DNA of 64,000 bases from the human T2T-CHM13v2.0 reference genome, Homo sapiens, in NCBI RefSeq assembly GCF_009914755.1, contig NC_060945.1; one strand, given 5' to 3'. Shown piece after piece: positions 27,668-39,899 of this stretch. The translations under genes were made by a program, and so were the position numbers. The notes beneath the pieces are model-generated. The model made no database searches. It had not been told where the DNA came from and worked only from the letters and a program-made list of their open reading frames with translations. Each line of letters opens with the position of its first letter. Positions within the stretch are counted from its first letter, which is position 1.

Positions 27668-29746
27668 TTACTTTAGGTTTTCTTTGGGGCTCCAGGTAAA
27701 GAAAACAGTTAATCTAGAAGTGCTGAGACCTGGATAATGGAGCCAGCTGCCACAGAGGTAAGGGGAGAGAGAGGAGACGCTAGGAGAGGGGATTTAGGAA
27801 TTCCAGAATGTACTTGGGAAGGACAGCCTTGTATCCCACTTAATTTCTTCTGCAGACACAAATGGAAAGGCTGGCTGTCTATGTGCCCCTGAAATAAGGC
27901 CAGGGTCAAAAGTGGGGCCGTGGCCTGGAGCAGAATTGCAGGACGGCTTTTCCTCCCCACCAAAAGAAAGAAAAGGAAATAATTGGGTGATAGCTTACTG
28001 CTCCCTTTCATCATTTCTTTCCTCTAATAGTCTGTCCTTCATGGAAAAATAGCACATACTTTCCATTCATGGAAATATCACATGTTTATATAAAATGATT
28101 CAAAATTAAATTTAATTTTCTTTTTACTCATTGGGTACAAAATAATTTATATTCACATACTGAATACTGACCTAGTTAGAGAGGTATCCATACACAGTTA
28201 GGTATATAATTCTCTTCTTTTAAGATGCTCTCCATCTCAGAAAGATTATTTAACAGGGACACCCGGGCCTTTCCCAGAGAACTACACCAGTAATTAAACT
28301 GATTTTTAAAAGGATCAGGATGTTTTCTTCACATTATGCATCAGCTTAGGAGCAACTTTGCCACCTCACTTATCTCACCAACCTCTTTCACTTTTGAGAA
28401 AGGGAGAAAAAAAGAAAAAAAGAAGTAAAGAGTTTTCGTCCTAACAGGATATGAAGATACTTTTCTTGAGAGGTTCCAGATGTATTTTGGCTATCCAATG
28501 CCATGCCCTTTGCAGGCAACACTCCACGTTGTTTTTTGATAACTTCCTAAGAGAAGTCACCATGCCCAGGCTACCAGGGGTCAGACAAGGTCAGCTCCTG
28601 TTCCCACTGTAGGGAGGGAGACACAGGAGTTGGCTTTGCCCAAAAATAGCCTGTGTCCATGCTGCGGAATTAGCTTAGTATCACCAAGTCCAAAACTTGG
28701 AGCCAGAAGTCCTGCTTTCAGAAAGGACTTCCAGCCCTTGAACATTGCTGCTACTCAAGTTTTTAATTAGTTGTGAGGTCACTGGTAGCCAGCACACTGG
28801 GACAGTACCATGATGAACAGGGTGGGTGCCTCAGGAGGAAGCCAAAAGGATGAAGACACTACCTTTATGAGAATATTTTCTTTCTACCAGTCCTGAAGGG
28901 AGTCTAAGTAACAAGATCTTGGATTTCTACTAGTAAAGGGTCATTTGCCCTAAATCCCTATAGTTTACCATAATTTGTTCTGTCATTTCCACCTTCCTTA
29001 TTTTACAAAAAGCTGATCATTTCAACAACTTAATCCAAGTCATGACAAATTTGATTGATAGACAAAACCTCCATTAGGCAGATGGACTTTATACTTTGAG
29101 CCTTTTCTGGCACTGAGTACATGGATCAAAATTGAGTAGATGAAATTTTATCTGTAGGAGAAGAGATAAAATTCAGTCTACTATGGACAGAATGCTTATT
29201 ATTCTCCTGAATTTGTATTCAGTAAATATCTTATTTTTAAAAAATACATTTGCTAAACTATTAGTGTGCCATAAATAATGATTTATAAATGTTGTCTAAT
29301 AAATCACTTCCCTGGCTCACAGCTAAATATTCGTATCTCTTTTGTTTTTACAGATGGACAAAATGAAAGTCATAGATTAAATTAATGGAAGGAAAGTGAA
29401 CTACAAACCATGCTTACTTCTACTTTGGCAAAGTGAATTATTCATGAAAACGCTGTTGCAAGCATACAGTGCCAAAGGTAGCCCTCAGGATGATTTTTCT
29501 CAGCCTCTGGGCTCAGAGAGTAATTGCAAAGTGGGTAGCAATTACTTTTGGCATCTTTCCACTTCATGTCCAGTGTTCTTCTCCCACCTACTTTTCTGGA
29601 ACCAAGTATGTGGTAACCCTATCAAAGGCTTATGGCTTTCCAAACTCTTCTCAGAGTAATCCTACTCATCTCTCTGCACTGAATGACCTGGGGTTGTTAT
29701 AATTGGTATATAGGTCTATAGTTGTTATATTCAGCTGCATAAATAC

Positions 29747-29783
29747 ATACACACACACACACACATACACACAAACACACACA
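29747..29783. repeat. Imperfect (CA)n
   Basis: Seen directly. Confidence 0.9.
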
Positions 29784-30159
29784 ATGGAAGGAAAGCTTTC
29801 TTATTATAGGCCCAAGATCATTTATGCTAAAATTTCTGGATGTTAAGAGAAGTTTGTTCATTAAAATGAACTTTAAATGGGTGTGACATGTGGAGGAGAC
29901 AGTTTCACTTCCTTGTCCCCTTGTTTGTGCCCTACTGTCCCCATGTCTAACTCACCTTCCAAACAATACTAAGAAGAATTAGTTGGCAATGGGTATTCTA
30001 CTTCTGAATGCTTTCTTTATCCCTATTCATGAGAATATAGACCTTAACAAGACTCTGCCGACCTCAGACATTCTTAAAACAATCTCCTAAAATATGGTGT
30101 GAAGAAGTGCTAAGAATTTAACTCCCTGCTCCCTGACTCTTGGTAGGCAATAAAGTATA

Positions 30160-30665
30160 GGAATTTAGAACAAAGACCTTTGGGTCCAACTTCTGGAGTA
30201 TGAATTCTGGTTCTGCTACTTGCCAGCTGTATGACCCTAGACAATTTCCTTAACCTCTTTGTAAAATGGGGATATGGTTTAATAGATTCACAGTTCCTCA
30301 TGTCTGGGGAGGTCTCACAATCATGGCAGAAGGTGAAAGACATGTTACAATGTGGCAGACAAGATAGAATGAGAGCCAAGTGAAAGGGGTTTTCCCTTAT
30401 AAAACCCTCAGATCTTGTGAGACTTCTTCACTACCACAAGAATAGTATGGGTGAAACCACTCCCATGATTCAATTATCTCCCACTGGGTCCCTCCCACAA
30501 CACATGGGAATTATGAGAGCTATAATTCAAGATAAGATTTGGGTGGGGACACAGCCAAACCATATCAGGACCCTCATGCTATTACCTCATCACATGGTTT
30601 TAAGGATTCATTGACCTAATAAGTATACAGTGCAGGACCTGGCATAAATTATTTGTTATTACTGC
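30160..30665 (+). mobile_element. MIR split by a THE1 LTR (halves ~30160-30274 and ~30568-30665)
   Basis: CTGCTACTTGCCAGCTGTATGACCCTAGACAATTTCCTTAACCTCT..GTAAAATGGGGATA, resuming TACCTCAT..GGTTTTAAGGATT..CCTGGCATA. Confidence 0.8.
30275..30567 (-). mobile_element. THE1 (B/C-like) LTR lacking its 3' end
   Basis: Ends GATTTGGGTGGGGACACAGCCAAACCATATCA; starts abruptly at GGTTTAATAGATTCACAG. Confidence 0.93.
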
Positions 30666-30809
30666 AGGTGTAGCCATTACTGTGCACTATATCAACATCC
30701 AATGGAGAATCCCCATGTGGGTAGCTTCAGTGCTTACCCGTGGTCACATCTCTCTCTGAGTATCCTGGCTTTAGTACGTCATCTCATTTTTCTGTCTGTA
30801 GTTACTTAT

Positions 30810-31625
30810 GTGGAAATATTGTGCATCAGGCACTATGCTAGGAGCTAGAAACTGCCGCAAGCTACACAAATAAGACTCTTATCCTGAAAAAGCTTTCTGT
30901 GCAGAAGGGATAACAGACAGAACTAATTACAAAAGAAATTTCAATGATGATAAATGATGATAAGTTCTGTAGAAAAACAGGTGTTATGGAAGCATGCATG
31001 GTTTAGGGGGAGGAAGACTACAAGAATTAGGAAAAAAATTCACCTTGAAAGATGAGTAGGAATGAGATAGTGCGGGGTTGGGGATGTGGAGTAGAAGACA
31101 AGTAGATGTAAAAATGGTAGAAGAATCCATGTGAATAGATGGAAGGAAGCCAGTGTGGTTGAAGAACAAGAGAGCAGTGGATGTGATTGGGGCATATTGG
31201 GGGAGTGGTGCAGAATTCGGCTGGAGGCAGGGCAGGGTCCAGTTAGATCAATTATTCTCAACCAGGGCAGACATTTGGCAATGCTTGGTTGAGATTTTTG
31301 GTTGTCACAACTGGGAGTGGAGGGTTCTACTAGCATCTAGTGGGTCAAGACCAGGAATGCTGCTAAGCATCCTGCAATGGAGAGGACAGCCCCCACAACA
31401 AAGAATTATCACACTAAAAATGCCAATAGAGCTGAGGTTGAGAAGCCCTGGGATGGATAGATCATGCAGGATCTTGAAGGGCTGATTAAACGTGTTTTGC
31501 TTTACTATAAGAACAAGGGCAATCCAGGGGATGGTTGTAAGAACAGCTGTGATGTGATTACATTTGCAGCTGGTAGATCTTTGCAAAAGTCAGGTGAGAG
31601 ACGAGGTTGGCTTGGACCAGGCTTG
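30810..31625 (-). mobile_element. L2 relic interrupted by MER20
   Basis: CAGGCACTATGCTAGGAGCTAG..AAGCCAGTGTGGTTGAAG..AGATCATGCAGGATCTTGAAGG. Confidence 0.75.
31249..31450 (+). mobile_element. MER20 (hAT-Charlie non-autonomous DNA transposon)
   Basis: CAATTATTCTCAACC..GACATTTGGCAATG..GGTTGTCACAACTGGG..GAGGTTGAGAAGCCCTG. Confidence 0.92.
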
Positions 31626-32351
31626 CATTAAAATGTATACCCCAACAATTCCTAAACTTTGAGCTGAGAAGGGAATTAAATAGATGTGGAGAGGAAGCAG
31701 AAAAAATAATTGAACTCCAGAGAAAGACAGTTGTGTTTTTTCAGGATTCTCTGGCTCTTGTAAATGCACCTCCTTTCTTTCCTGGTATGCAGGAGTCACC
31801 GCTGACTCTGTGTTGGTTGGTAGTTACCAGACAGGCCTCAACACCTCTTCCACCTTCTCCACCCACCTTTCTACCTCCATTCTGCACTTGGTATTGAGAA
31901 TCGGCCCTTGTGGGCTCCTCCGCTCAGTGACACTCACGTTGGAAACATGTGCTAATCACTGCTCAATGGATCCGCAGAGCCCTTCCCCCACCCAGAGTGA
32001 AATCTTACGTCTGTCAATTGTGTCAAATGCTTTGAAAATGGAACATCTGTTTCCTCCTTCAAAACTGGATGTCTAACAAATTCCACAAAACAGCAGTCCC
32101 CTGTGCCTGACTTCTGCCATGCACCTGGTACCAATATGGCCAGGATTTTTTGAAGATGATCCAGATTTATATATCATTTGATGGTTTTAAATGAAACTAA
32201 TTCATCATCAATTTTATAACTTCATCTAATAGCCATCTTCAATCCTTTCTGGAAAAAAAAAAAAAGACAAGGTGGAAGTACATCTAATTGTGATTTGAAT
32301 TTTAAATTTGTAAAGTTTTCTTCCAGTACATAAATATATAAATCAGAAGTA

Positions 32352-32446
32352 CTGATTGGGGAGTGAGAAACAGGGTAGCTGCACTGGTGAGTCATATTCT
32401 TCCTCCAGGGGAACAACAGAACAAACAGTGTGGCATCCATATATGG
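32352..32446. promoter_or_regulatory. Candidate AP-1 + SRF (CArG) enhancer module
   Basis: TGAGTCA 32388-32394; CCATATATGG 32437-32446; inverted CCAAT (CTGATTGG) at 32352. Confidence 0.4.
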
Positions 32447-33661
32447 AGACTTCTAGAGTTGGATGTACCAAGTTGCCCATATCAACCAGGTATAAATCAG
32501 ACCAGAGTCTATCACATTCAGGGCCAAAAAGAATGGAAAAAGTAAACGTGTAAAGCAGCCAGATTAAGAGAATAGAAAGTGCTGGAATCTACTGGGAAAC
32601 AGATATGTCCACCTAAAAGTGTTCCAGTTAAAAACATTTTTTTAAAGCAATGAGCAGCCAAACAAAACAGGTCTACAAGCGTCAGTTGGCCAATAGCTGC
32701 CAGTTTGCAAGTTCTAGTTAAGGAAAAAATAAAATCAAAGGCCTAAAGAGCTCCACTGGAAAATTTAAATGCAGTTAAAGAGAAAAATTGCTAAAATATT
32801 AAAAGATGAAACTAATGAATGTATGGTTCAGACCATAGCAGACAAATTTTAAAACTCTTCTTTTTCCCCTTTCGATGTTGTATTATTTATAGGGATCATA
32901 TAAGTACAAAATAATTTATCTTGCCCTCTTTCCCTCACCATCTCTTTACCATCTCTCTCTTTATACCTCATACACAACACATCACCACAACAGCAGGGGT
33001 GTGAGGGTCAAATCAACGCAAGCAAGGGAATTCACAACCCTTGCCGAACTGCTGTCCTTAATTGTGTGCAGCAGCATCTATAAGCTCTGCAAAGCAGGTC
33101 ATCAGAATCTGAAGGGACATATTATCTGTAATTCCTGGTGCATAATAGGGCACATTAAAGACAAACTTTCAGCCTTAATTCTTAATCTCTTTTCCAGCTT
33201 TGGTAGATTTAAAAATCTGATATTCTGAGCACAGCATTATTCTTCCCAGGGCTACAGCTGTGCATTGCTTTCTATCTTGGGAGGAGATGTTTTTGCACAG
33301 GTCTAAGGAAATGCAACACAAGGGAAATGCCATTTTAACAAATTTCAAGGGAGGGGAAAGATTGCTCTTCTTTTTGCTGCAACAGAATTTTGCTGGTGGA
33401 AACGTTGTAAAGGTGGAATCTTCAATATGAGGAAACTTGTAGTTTAACATTTATAAAGTGCCATTTATTCCTGAAGAACTCAAAGACCTTTACATATGTT
33501 AGGCACTGTCCTGATCCCATAGTTCACATTTTGGGGATGTCCAGACCACATTCTCTTACATTTTCTCAGCCTTGCTCTGTGAGTTAGGTAAAGACAGTGA
33601 AAGAGGGTCAAAATGGAGGGAACAGACTTTTATTGTTTTTGTTTGTTCATTTGTTTGGTGG

Positions 33662-34097
33662 TGATATTGTTTGGATATTTGTCCCCTTCCAATCTCACGT
33701 TGAAATTTGATCCCCAATGTTAGAGGTGGGGCCTATTGGAAGGTGTTTTGTTCATGGGGGCATATTTCTCATGAATGTCTTAGTTCCCTCCCAGCAGTAA
33801 TGCGTGAGTTCTCACTCTATTAGTTTATGTGAGAACTGATTGTTATCACATCAAGAGAGAGGGGAGAAGCTGGCACTTCCTCCCCTCTCTCTTGCTCTCT
33901 CTTTTTCACCATGTGACATGCAAGTTTTCCTTGTCTTTTGCCGTGAGTAAAAGCTCCCTGAGCCCCTCACCAGAAGCCGATGCTGGTGCCATGCTTCTTG
34001 TACAACCTGCAGAACTGTGAACTAAATAAACCTCTTTTCTTGATAAATCACCCAATCTCAGGTAATCCTTTATAGCAATACAAAACTGACTAATACA
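33662..34097 (+). mobile_element. MST (A/B-like) MaLR solo LTR
   Basis: TG...CA termini, perfect 5-bp TSD GGTGG, AATAAA in the 3' part. Confidence 0.95.
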
Positions 34098-34219
34098 GGT
34101 GGCAACAAATGACTTTTGCAATGACTAAAAGATGATGTAAGTGTATATAGTGTATATATGTTGCGGCCCCTTTCTATAAGATTCAGATACACTGAATATT
34201 TCTTGGGTTCCCTAAATCC

Positions 34220-34538
34220 TCTATTCAATACCTGTTGGTTAGGCCAGGCACTATTCTAACTACTGAAAGTGGAGTAGTGGTTATGAAAGACAAGGTTCTT
34301 GTTCTCATGAAGCTGACCTGATAGAGAAGAAGACAGTCAAGAAGCAAATAAACTGGAAATATGACACGTACGCTATGCAGAGAATTAGCTGAAAGTCTAG
34401 ATGGCTCTGTAGATTACATGGTCAGAGAAGATGACATCTAGAGACAAGAATGACAAAGAGGAGCTAAAGATTCCAGGGAAAGGGCATTCTAGGTACTAGA
34501 AACAGCTAGTGGAAAGGCCCTAAGGTGAAAAAAGACCC
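34220..34538 (-). mobile_element. L2 3' relic
   Basis: GCCAGGCACTATTCTAA..GACAAGGTTCTTGTTCTCATGAAGCTGAC..GGAAAGGGCATTCTAGG..AAAGGCCCTAAGG. Confidence 0.8.
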
Positions 34539-35032
34539 TGTTCGCTAACTACGGCTGCTGTAACAAATTCCTACAAACTTGACGGCTTAAAACGACACAA
34601 CTTTATTATATTGGAATCGTGAAGACCAGCAGTACAAAATCAAGTTTCACTGGGCTAAGATTAAAGCGTTGGCAGGGCTACCTTCCTTTCAGATGCTATA
34701 GGGCAGAGTCTGTTTCCTTGCTTTTCCAGGTTCTAGAGGCCACCTGCAACCTGCATTCCTTTGGCTCATGGCCCCTTCCTGAATCTTCAAAGCTACAGTA
34801 AAGCATTTTCAGTTCTCTCTCTGAACCTGACACTCCCGTTTCTCTCTCTAACCTATAAGAACCCTTATGATTACACATTTGCCCCACCCGGATAATCCAG
34901 AATAATCTCCCTGTTTAATAACCTTAACTTAATTATACCTGCAAAGACTCTTTTGCCATGGAAGATAACATATTCACAGGTTCTGAGGATGAGGGAGTGA
35001 ACAGCTAAGGAGCTATTGTTTTGTCTACCGTG
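34539..35032 (-). mobile_element. MLT1 (C/D-like) solo LTR inserted in L2
   Basis: GGCTGCTGTAACAAATT..CTGTTTCCTTGCTTTTCCAGGTTCTAGAGGC..GGATAATCCAGAATAATCTCCC..AACATATTCACAGGTTCTG. Confidence 0.92.
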
Positions 35033-37434
35033 GTGGAAATGAGGTTTTCTATTTGAGGGACAGAAAGAGCCAGTGTGGTAGCAATGTAGTAGTGAAATAG
35101 AGTATGTTGGGATAAGTTCTGACTTTCCAGTGGCAGTAGTAAATGCTATCGCCATCATCACGCCATTCACTGTTCAGTTGGACTTCCCCAAACTTCTGAT
35201 ACTGGCACAGGATGGGTGAGGACATTCAACCTTTGGGGTTTCTGAGCTCCTTTGATTAATAGTAAATCGGTGTTGCCATTCCTTAGTCTAATTTTCTAGT
35301 TTTAAGTACAGCAAAGTTTTAGCATTTATTATAAACACTTTTATATTCTGATTCACCAAATCATAGAAATTCAAACCTCAAGAAAATGTACAAAATTACC
35401 TATTTGGGCTTTTAGTTTTTACAAAAAACAAAACAAACAAACAGACAAAAACAAAAAACAACAACAAAAAAAAGGACATTGAGACAAGAGAAGTTACATG
35501 TCTTTCTTAGGAAGATGAAGTTAAGGCCAAAACCTCACCGTGCAGTGTCCCCATCCATTTCTCTTGTGCATTACTACATTTTAGGTGTGTGTTATTTTTC
35601 CTAATTGCAGCTGCCTCGTGTGGGCATAGGGTGTTACAATGGTCTGGATGTTCCCCAGGCCAAGCGTGCATTGTTTTGCTTGCACAGAAGAGTATATGGT
35701 AAATAATACATGTTGATTGATGGGCTGATTCAGTCCATTGCCCTTTCCTGCCCCCCTCCCCCAGAACAGATATGGTAAAATAGAAACTTCTGATTTACAG
35801 GATGTCCGAAAGGTATGCAATATTTTTTATCAATTGCAAAATACTCTAAAGGCTATCCTGTCATTTGATAAGTCCATCATTTGTGGACGTACTTGGGACT
35901 TTGCCAAGAACAATCAGGTGAGGGTACTAACCATAACTTGCTACCAAAACATTATCCATCTGGAATCTATGAGCCATTCAGATTAATTTATTTTGGGGTT
36001 TTTCTTACCTCTGTAATAGATTTTTGATGTAAATATTTTTGTATTTCAGAGAAGTTTCAGACTTTCTAATCCTATCAATCATCTCCACCACCCTCTAAAT
36101 TTGCCCAATAGCAGAGGATATGTAGATAAAAACAGCAAAAGAAACTCAAAACACTGTGAAATAAAGGAAATTGCCTCGATGACTAATAGAAATTTGGTTA
36201 TATAGATTAGAAAGATTGACACTAGCGGGTAAATTTTACACTTTACTTTTTGGCTCTGGGCTCTGTAGATAACTACCAGCTACTTCCAACTTGTTCCTAA
36301 AAATAATCTATTGAAATAACTTCTGAAAAATACAGGAAGTGGCGAGACAAATTAATCCTTATAAAGAGGAACAAAAGAGTTTCCTACAGCCTGTCCTGGG
36401 TGAGAAAGCTGGTTGGGGCAGGTCCCAGAGGCAGAGCTGGGTGTGTCTCTTGGGTGCAGAACAAGTCTATAAAGTTCAGGCAGGAAAGTTTGCTAATCTC
36501 TAAGCAGGTGGGTCAAGACTCATCTACATTCTGGACTTTCCATGCCACTGCCCTGCGCTTTTCCCAAGATTCCCACAGCAGAAATAAAAATATTTCTAGA
36601 TACTTCTTTAAAGGGTGTAAGATAGCCCACACTTTAAATCGTTAATGTATATCTCACCAAATGTAATTTATTATCTTGCGTGTGCTGTGTAAATCACTAT
36701 ATTGGACCAAAAGCAAACCACAAGTTGTTTATATACGAGACCAGCTCCCAGAACATTCAGTTAGTTCATTTCACTTCAGTGACAGGAGGGAAACATGCAT
36801 GGGGAGCATTTTTTATGATAATCATAGGGCTTTTTGCATTGGTCAAAGGAATGGAAAAGTGTGTTTCCAGTGTTTTTTAATTCTAGGCTTAGAAAGTTTT
36901 TATAAGATATAAATTCATATTTTTGGCATTTAAAAAACAGTTTATTAGAGTTGCCATATTACAATGTTCTATTTTCTGTGGTAACTGCACTACACACAAT
37001 TTTAACTTCTTTAAAATTAAGAGCTTGTAGCAAGTTGAATGTGGCTTAACTTTAGAAAATAAGGTCCCAGAGTCCAGGAAGTTCAATAAGCGCAAATGCT
37101 CTGGACAGGTTAAAATCCTACAGCGATTTACTGTTCATTACACATGATCGTAGCCAAAAGGCTGAGAAATGATTATTTTAGTGCTCATTTATTGTAGCCT
37201 GAGAGCTGTGTTTTAGCAGAGACCTATGCATTCAAATAACTTAAGATCAGGTTTGTGGTACACGAACTAGTATACGATCAAGTATGAAATCATATGAAGA
37301 AAATAAATCTGTAGTTTTGAACTAGGAGTGCAAAGATAGTTTTAAAGAGAACTTAGATATTAAACTGTTGGTTGATGAGTGACATTGAGGAGAGGGTGGA
37401 TGTGGAGGAAATATTCAATGCTGATCATAATGAC

Positions 37435-37640
37435 ATAATAATAGTTCACTGCATGCCTTCTGCGTGCCAGCTACGAGGCTATGTCCTTCATGGGTATTAT
37501 ATCTAAGACACATTTATTCTGCATTCCCATTTTAAAGATGAAGCAACTGAGGCTTAAAATGTCACAGTTAACTAATGACAAAGCTGAAATTCAAACACAG
37601 ACCACAGCCAGCTCCAAAGACTACATTTTTCCACCATAAA
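37435..37640 (-). mobile_element. MIR SINE
   Basis: TTCCCATTTTAAAGATGAAGCAACTGAGGCTTA..GTCACAGTTAACTAATGACAAAGCTGAAATTCAAAC. Confidence 0.85.
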
Positions 37641-38534
37641 ATAGCAATAAGCACAGGAATAAAAATTTTCTGATGAGCTGGCTTCAGAAGAAGATACCTT
37701 AGGCATACTAATGGACAGTCAATTTGGATGGGTCATAGGGAGCTAAATTGTGGAGGCATTTGAATGCCAGGACAAAAAGCTTAGATAGCCTCCATGAAGA
37801 AGTAAGGAACCACAAGAGGTTGTTGGCTAAATCTATAATTCTGGTCGACATCATATGCTCTGTGCAGATTTCTGACTCAGCTTTCTGTCTCCAGGGCAAA
37901 AGAGAAATATAAACTCCTTTAGTCTAGCACAGGGCCTGGTATTTACAATGTGCTTATTAAATGCCACATTTCCTTTCATTCTGGGGACTGAATTCCTCCT
38001 TTTGTGCCTCCCTTTAGAGGCCTTTGCAGAGCAAGTTGGTCAATGGTCCATCTTTTCTCTTCACCAGACACAACAGCCTAAAACTCGGATTTTTTTTTTT
38101 CTCTGCATTCTTACTGGGAGCAACAGAGGAAGCCTGAGCCAAGGGACTTTTACTACTGCAACCTGGACCCATGAATCTCAGGTAAATCAATGTCTACCAG
38201 CATGGAGTGGAAGAGTTCAACCTACATTTGGAAGTAGGATAAAACTATTCCAAGAATTACATCAGCAAGTAAATGTTTTGAGGGCTTGAGGTGAGGAAAG
38301 GAGGCACTGAAGGGACCAGAGCTATGACCTACCTTTACAGAACTTAGAAATGGAAGAAACATCTGGGAAAGAGAATAGACAGCTCAAGAATGAGGATGGG
38401 GAAAACAACATAAATAGATAAGGTGTGAATAGTTAAAGAGATGACTACACATACATCAGTTCTGGACCTTTTAGATCAAATAGTTCTGGAGTGCTATTTT
38501 AGGAGTAGGATAAGAAATATAAAAGGTGATAACT

Positions 38535-38835
38535 GGCCAGGTGCCATGGCTCATGCCTGTAATCCCAACACTTTGGGAGGGCAAGGCAGAGGATGTCTTG
38601 AGTCCAGGAGTTAGAGAACAGCATAGGCAACATAGTGAGACCTCATCTCTACGGAAAATAAAAGAAATTAGCCAGGTATGGTCACACACACCTATAGTCC
38701 CAGCTACTCAGAAGGCTGAGGTGAGAGGATTGTTTGAGCCAGGGAAGTGTGAGGGTGCAGTGAGCCATGATTGTGCCACAGCACTCCAGCCTGTGCAACA
38801 GAGCGAGACCCTGTCTCAAAAAAAAAAAAAAAAAA
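38535..38835 (+). mobile_element. AluJ, full length
   Basis: J-type features, A tail, degenerate TSD AAGGTGATAAC / AATGTGATAAC. Confidence 0.95.
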
Positions 38836-39573
38836 CCCCAAATGTGATAACCAGTAACTAGACATTCATGCAAGCATCAGTACTGTGAACCAGCAACTAG
38901 ATGACATTAAAAGAGTCATGTTACTCTTTTCATCCAGAGCAATTCGTCTTAGATAATCAAAGGCAGTTAACCTTAATTTGTGCCAAAGATAAATGCAAAA
39001 TTATCACCAAGAAGAAGTTGTGGGTGGAAATTAGAAGGTTTTGCAGTTGATTGATTATATCGAGCAATAATTCGTTGATCTGACACTGAACTCTATCTAA
39101 ATATTTTAATATTAGGCCATATTTACCACTATTCTCCATTCCTGTTTTTTTTAAATAGTAATACTATAAATAAGAAATCAAAAGTGATTAGAGGAAAGGA
39201 CATTTGACCAGAAATTGCAGGAGAGATTGGTGTGATGGTCCAGAGAAAGCTAATCAACAGCAACTTTCTTAAAGAGTCTTTCTGCCCCTCTTTATCACCT
39301 CCCTACTTTCAGTGTGGCAATGCCTCTGTCCTTGCTATTTTCCTTTTCTTCACTTCTTTTCTTCAATTTTTCACTCTGGGAATTAATGACTATTTCTTCC
39401 AAAGCATAAAAGATAAAAATATTGGTCCCGGGAAGTCTAAGGGAAAGTCTCTGTCACTCAGGTTGTTGGTACATATCTTTCTGCAGACATTTGTGTTTGC
39501 TGATCCTGTCCTGTGCTCCTTCTATTCTACAGCAAGATTACTGTCTGGTTTCCCCATCTCTTCTCTCCTGTTC

Positions 39574-39576
<3 letters not shown>

Positions 39577-39608
<32 letters not shown>
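39577..39608. repeat. (TG)16 microsatellite
   Basis: Seen directly. Confidence 0.98.
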
Positions 39609-39612
<4 letters not shown>

Positions 39613-39899
39613 CAGGGAGAAGAGACCAAAAAAATATGGAAAATTAGAAGGAATTGTTGTTAGGATGTCCATGAAACACTGAACTCATATTTATACATTT
39701 TCACTCATTGGTCAGGAATTAAGAATCAAATGGGGTAATCATGTTTGTTTCATCGAATTCAACTTATTCGAAAAAAGAAATTCAACAAACCCTGCATTTC
39801 TCATCTGTAAGCTTAGATTATTATAGTAGATATGACATAGTTTTATTCTTGTATCTTATAGCAATTAGCTATGTAAGCTACAGTCACCTTTGCTTGCAC

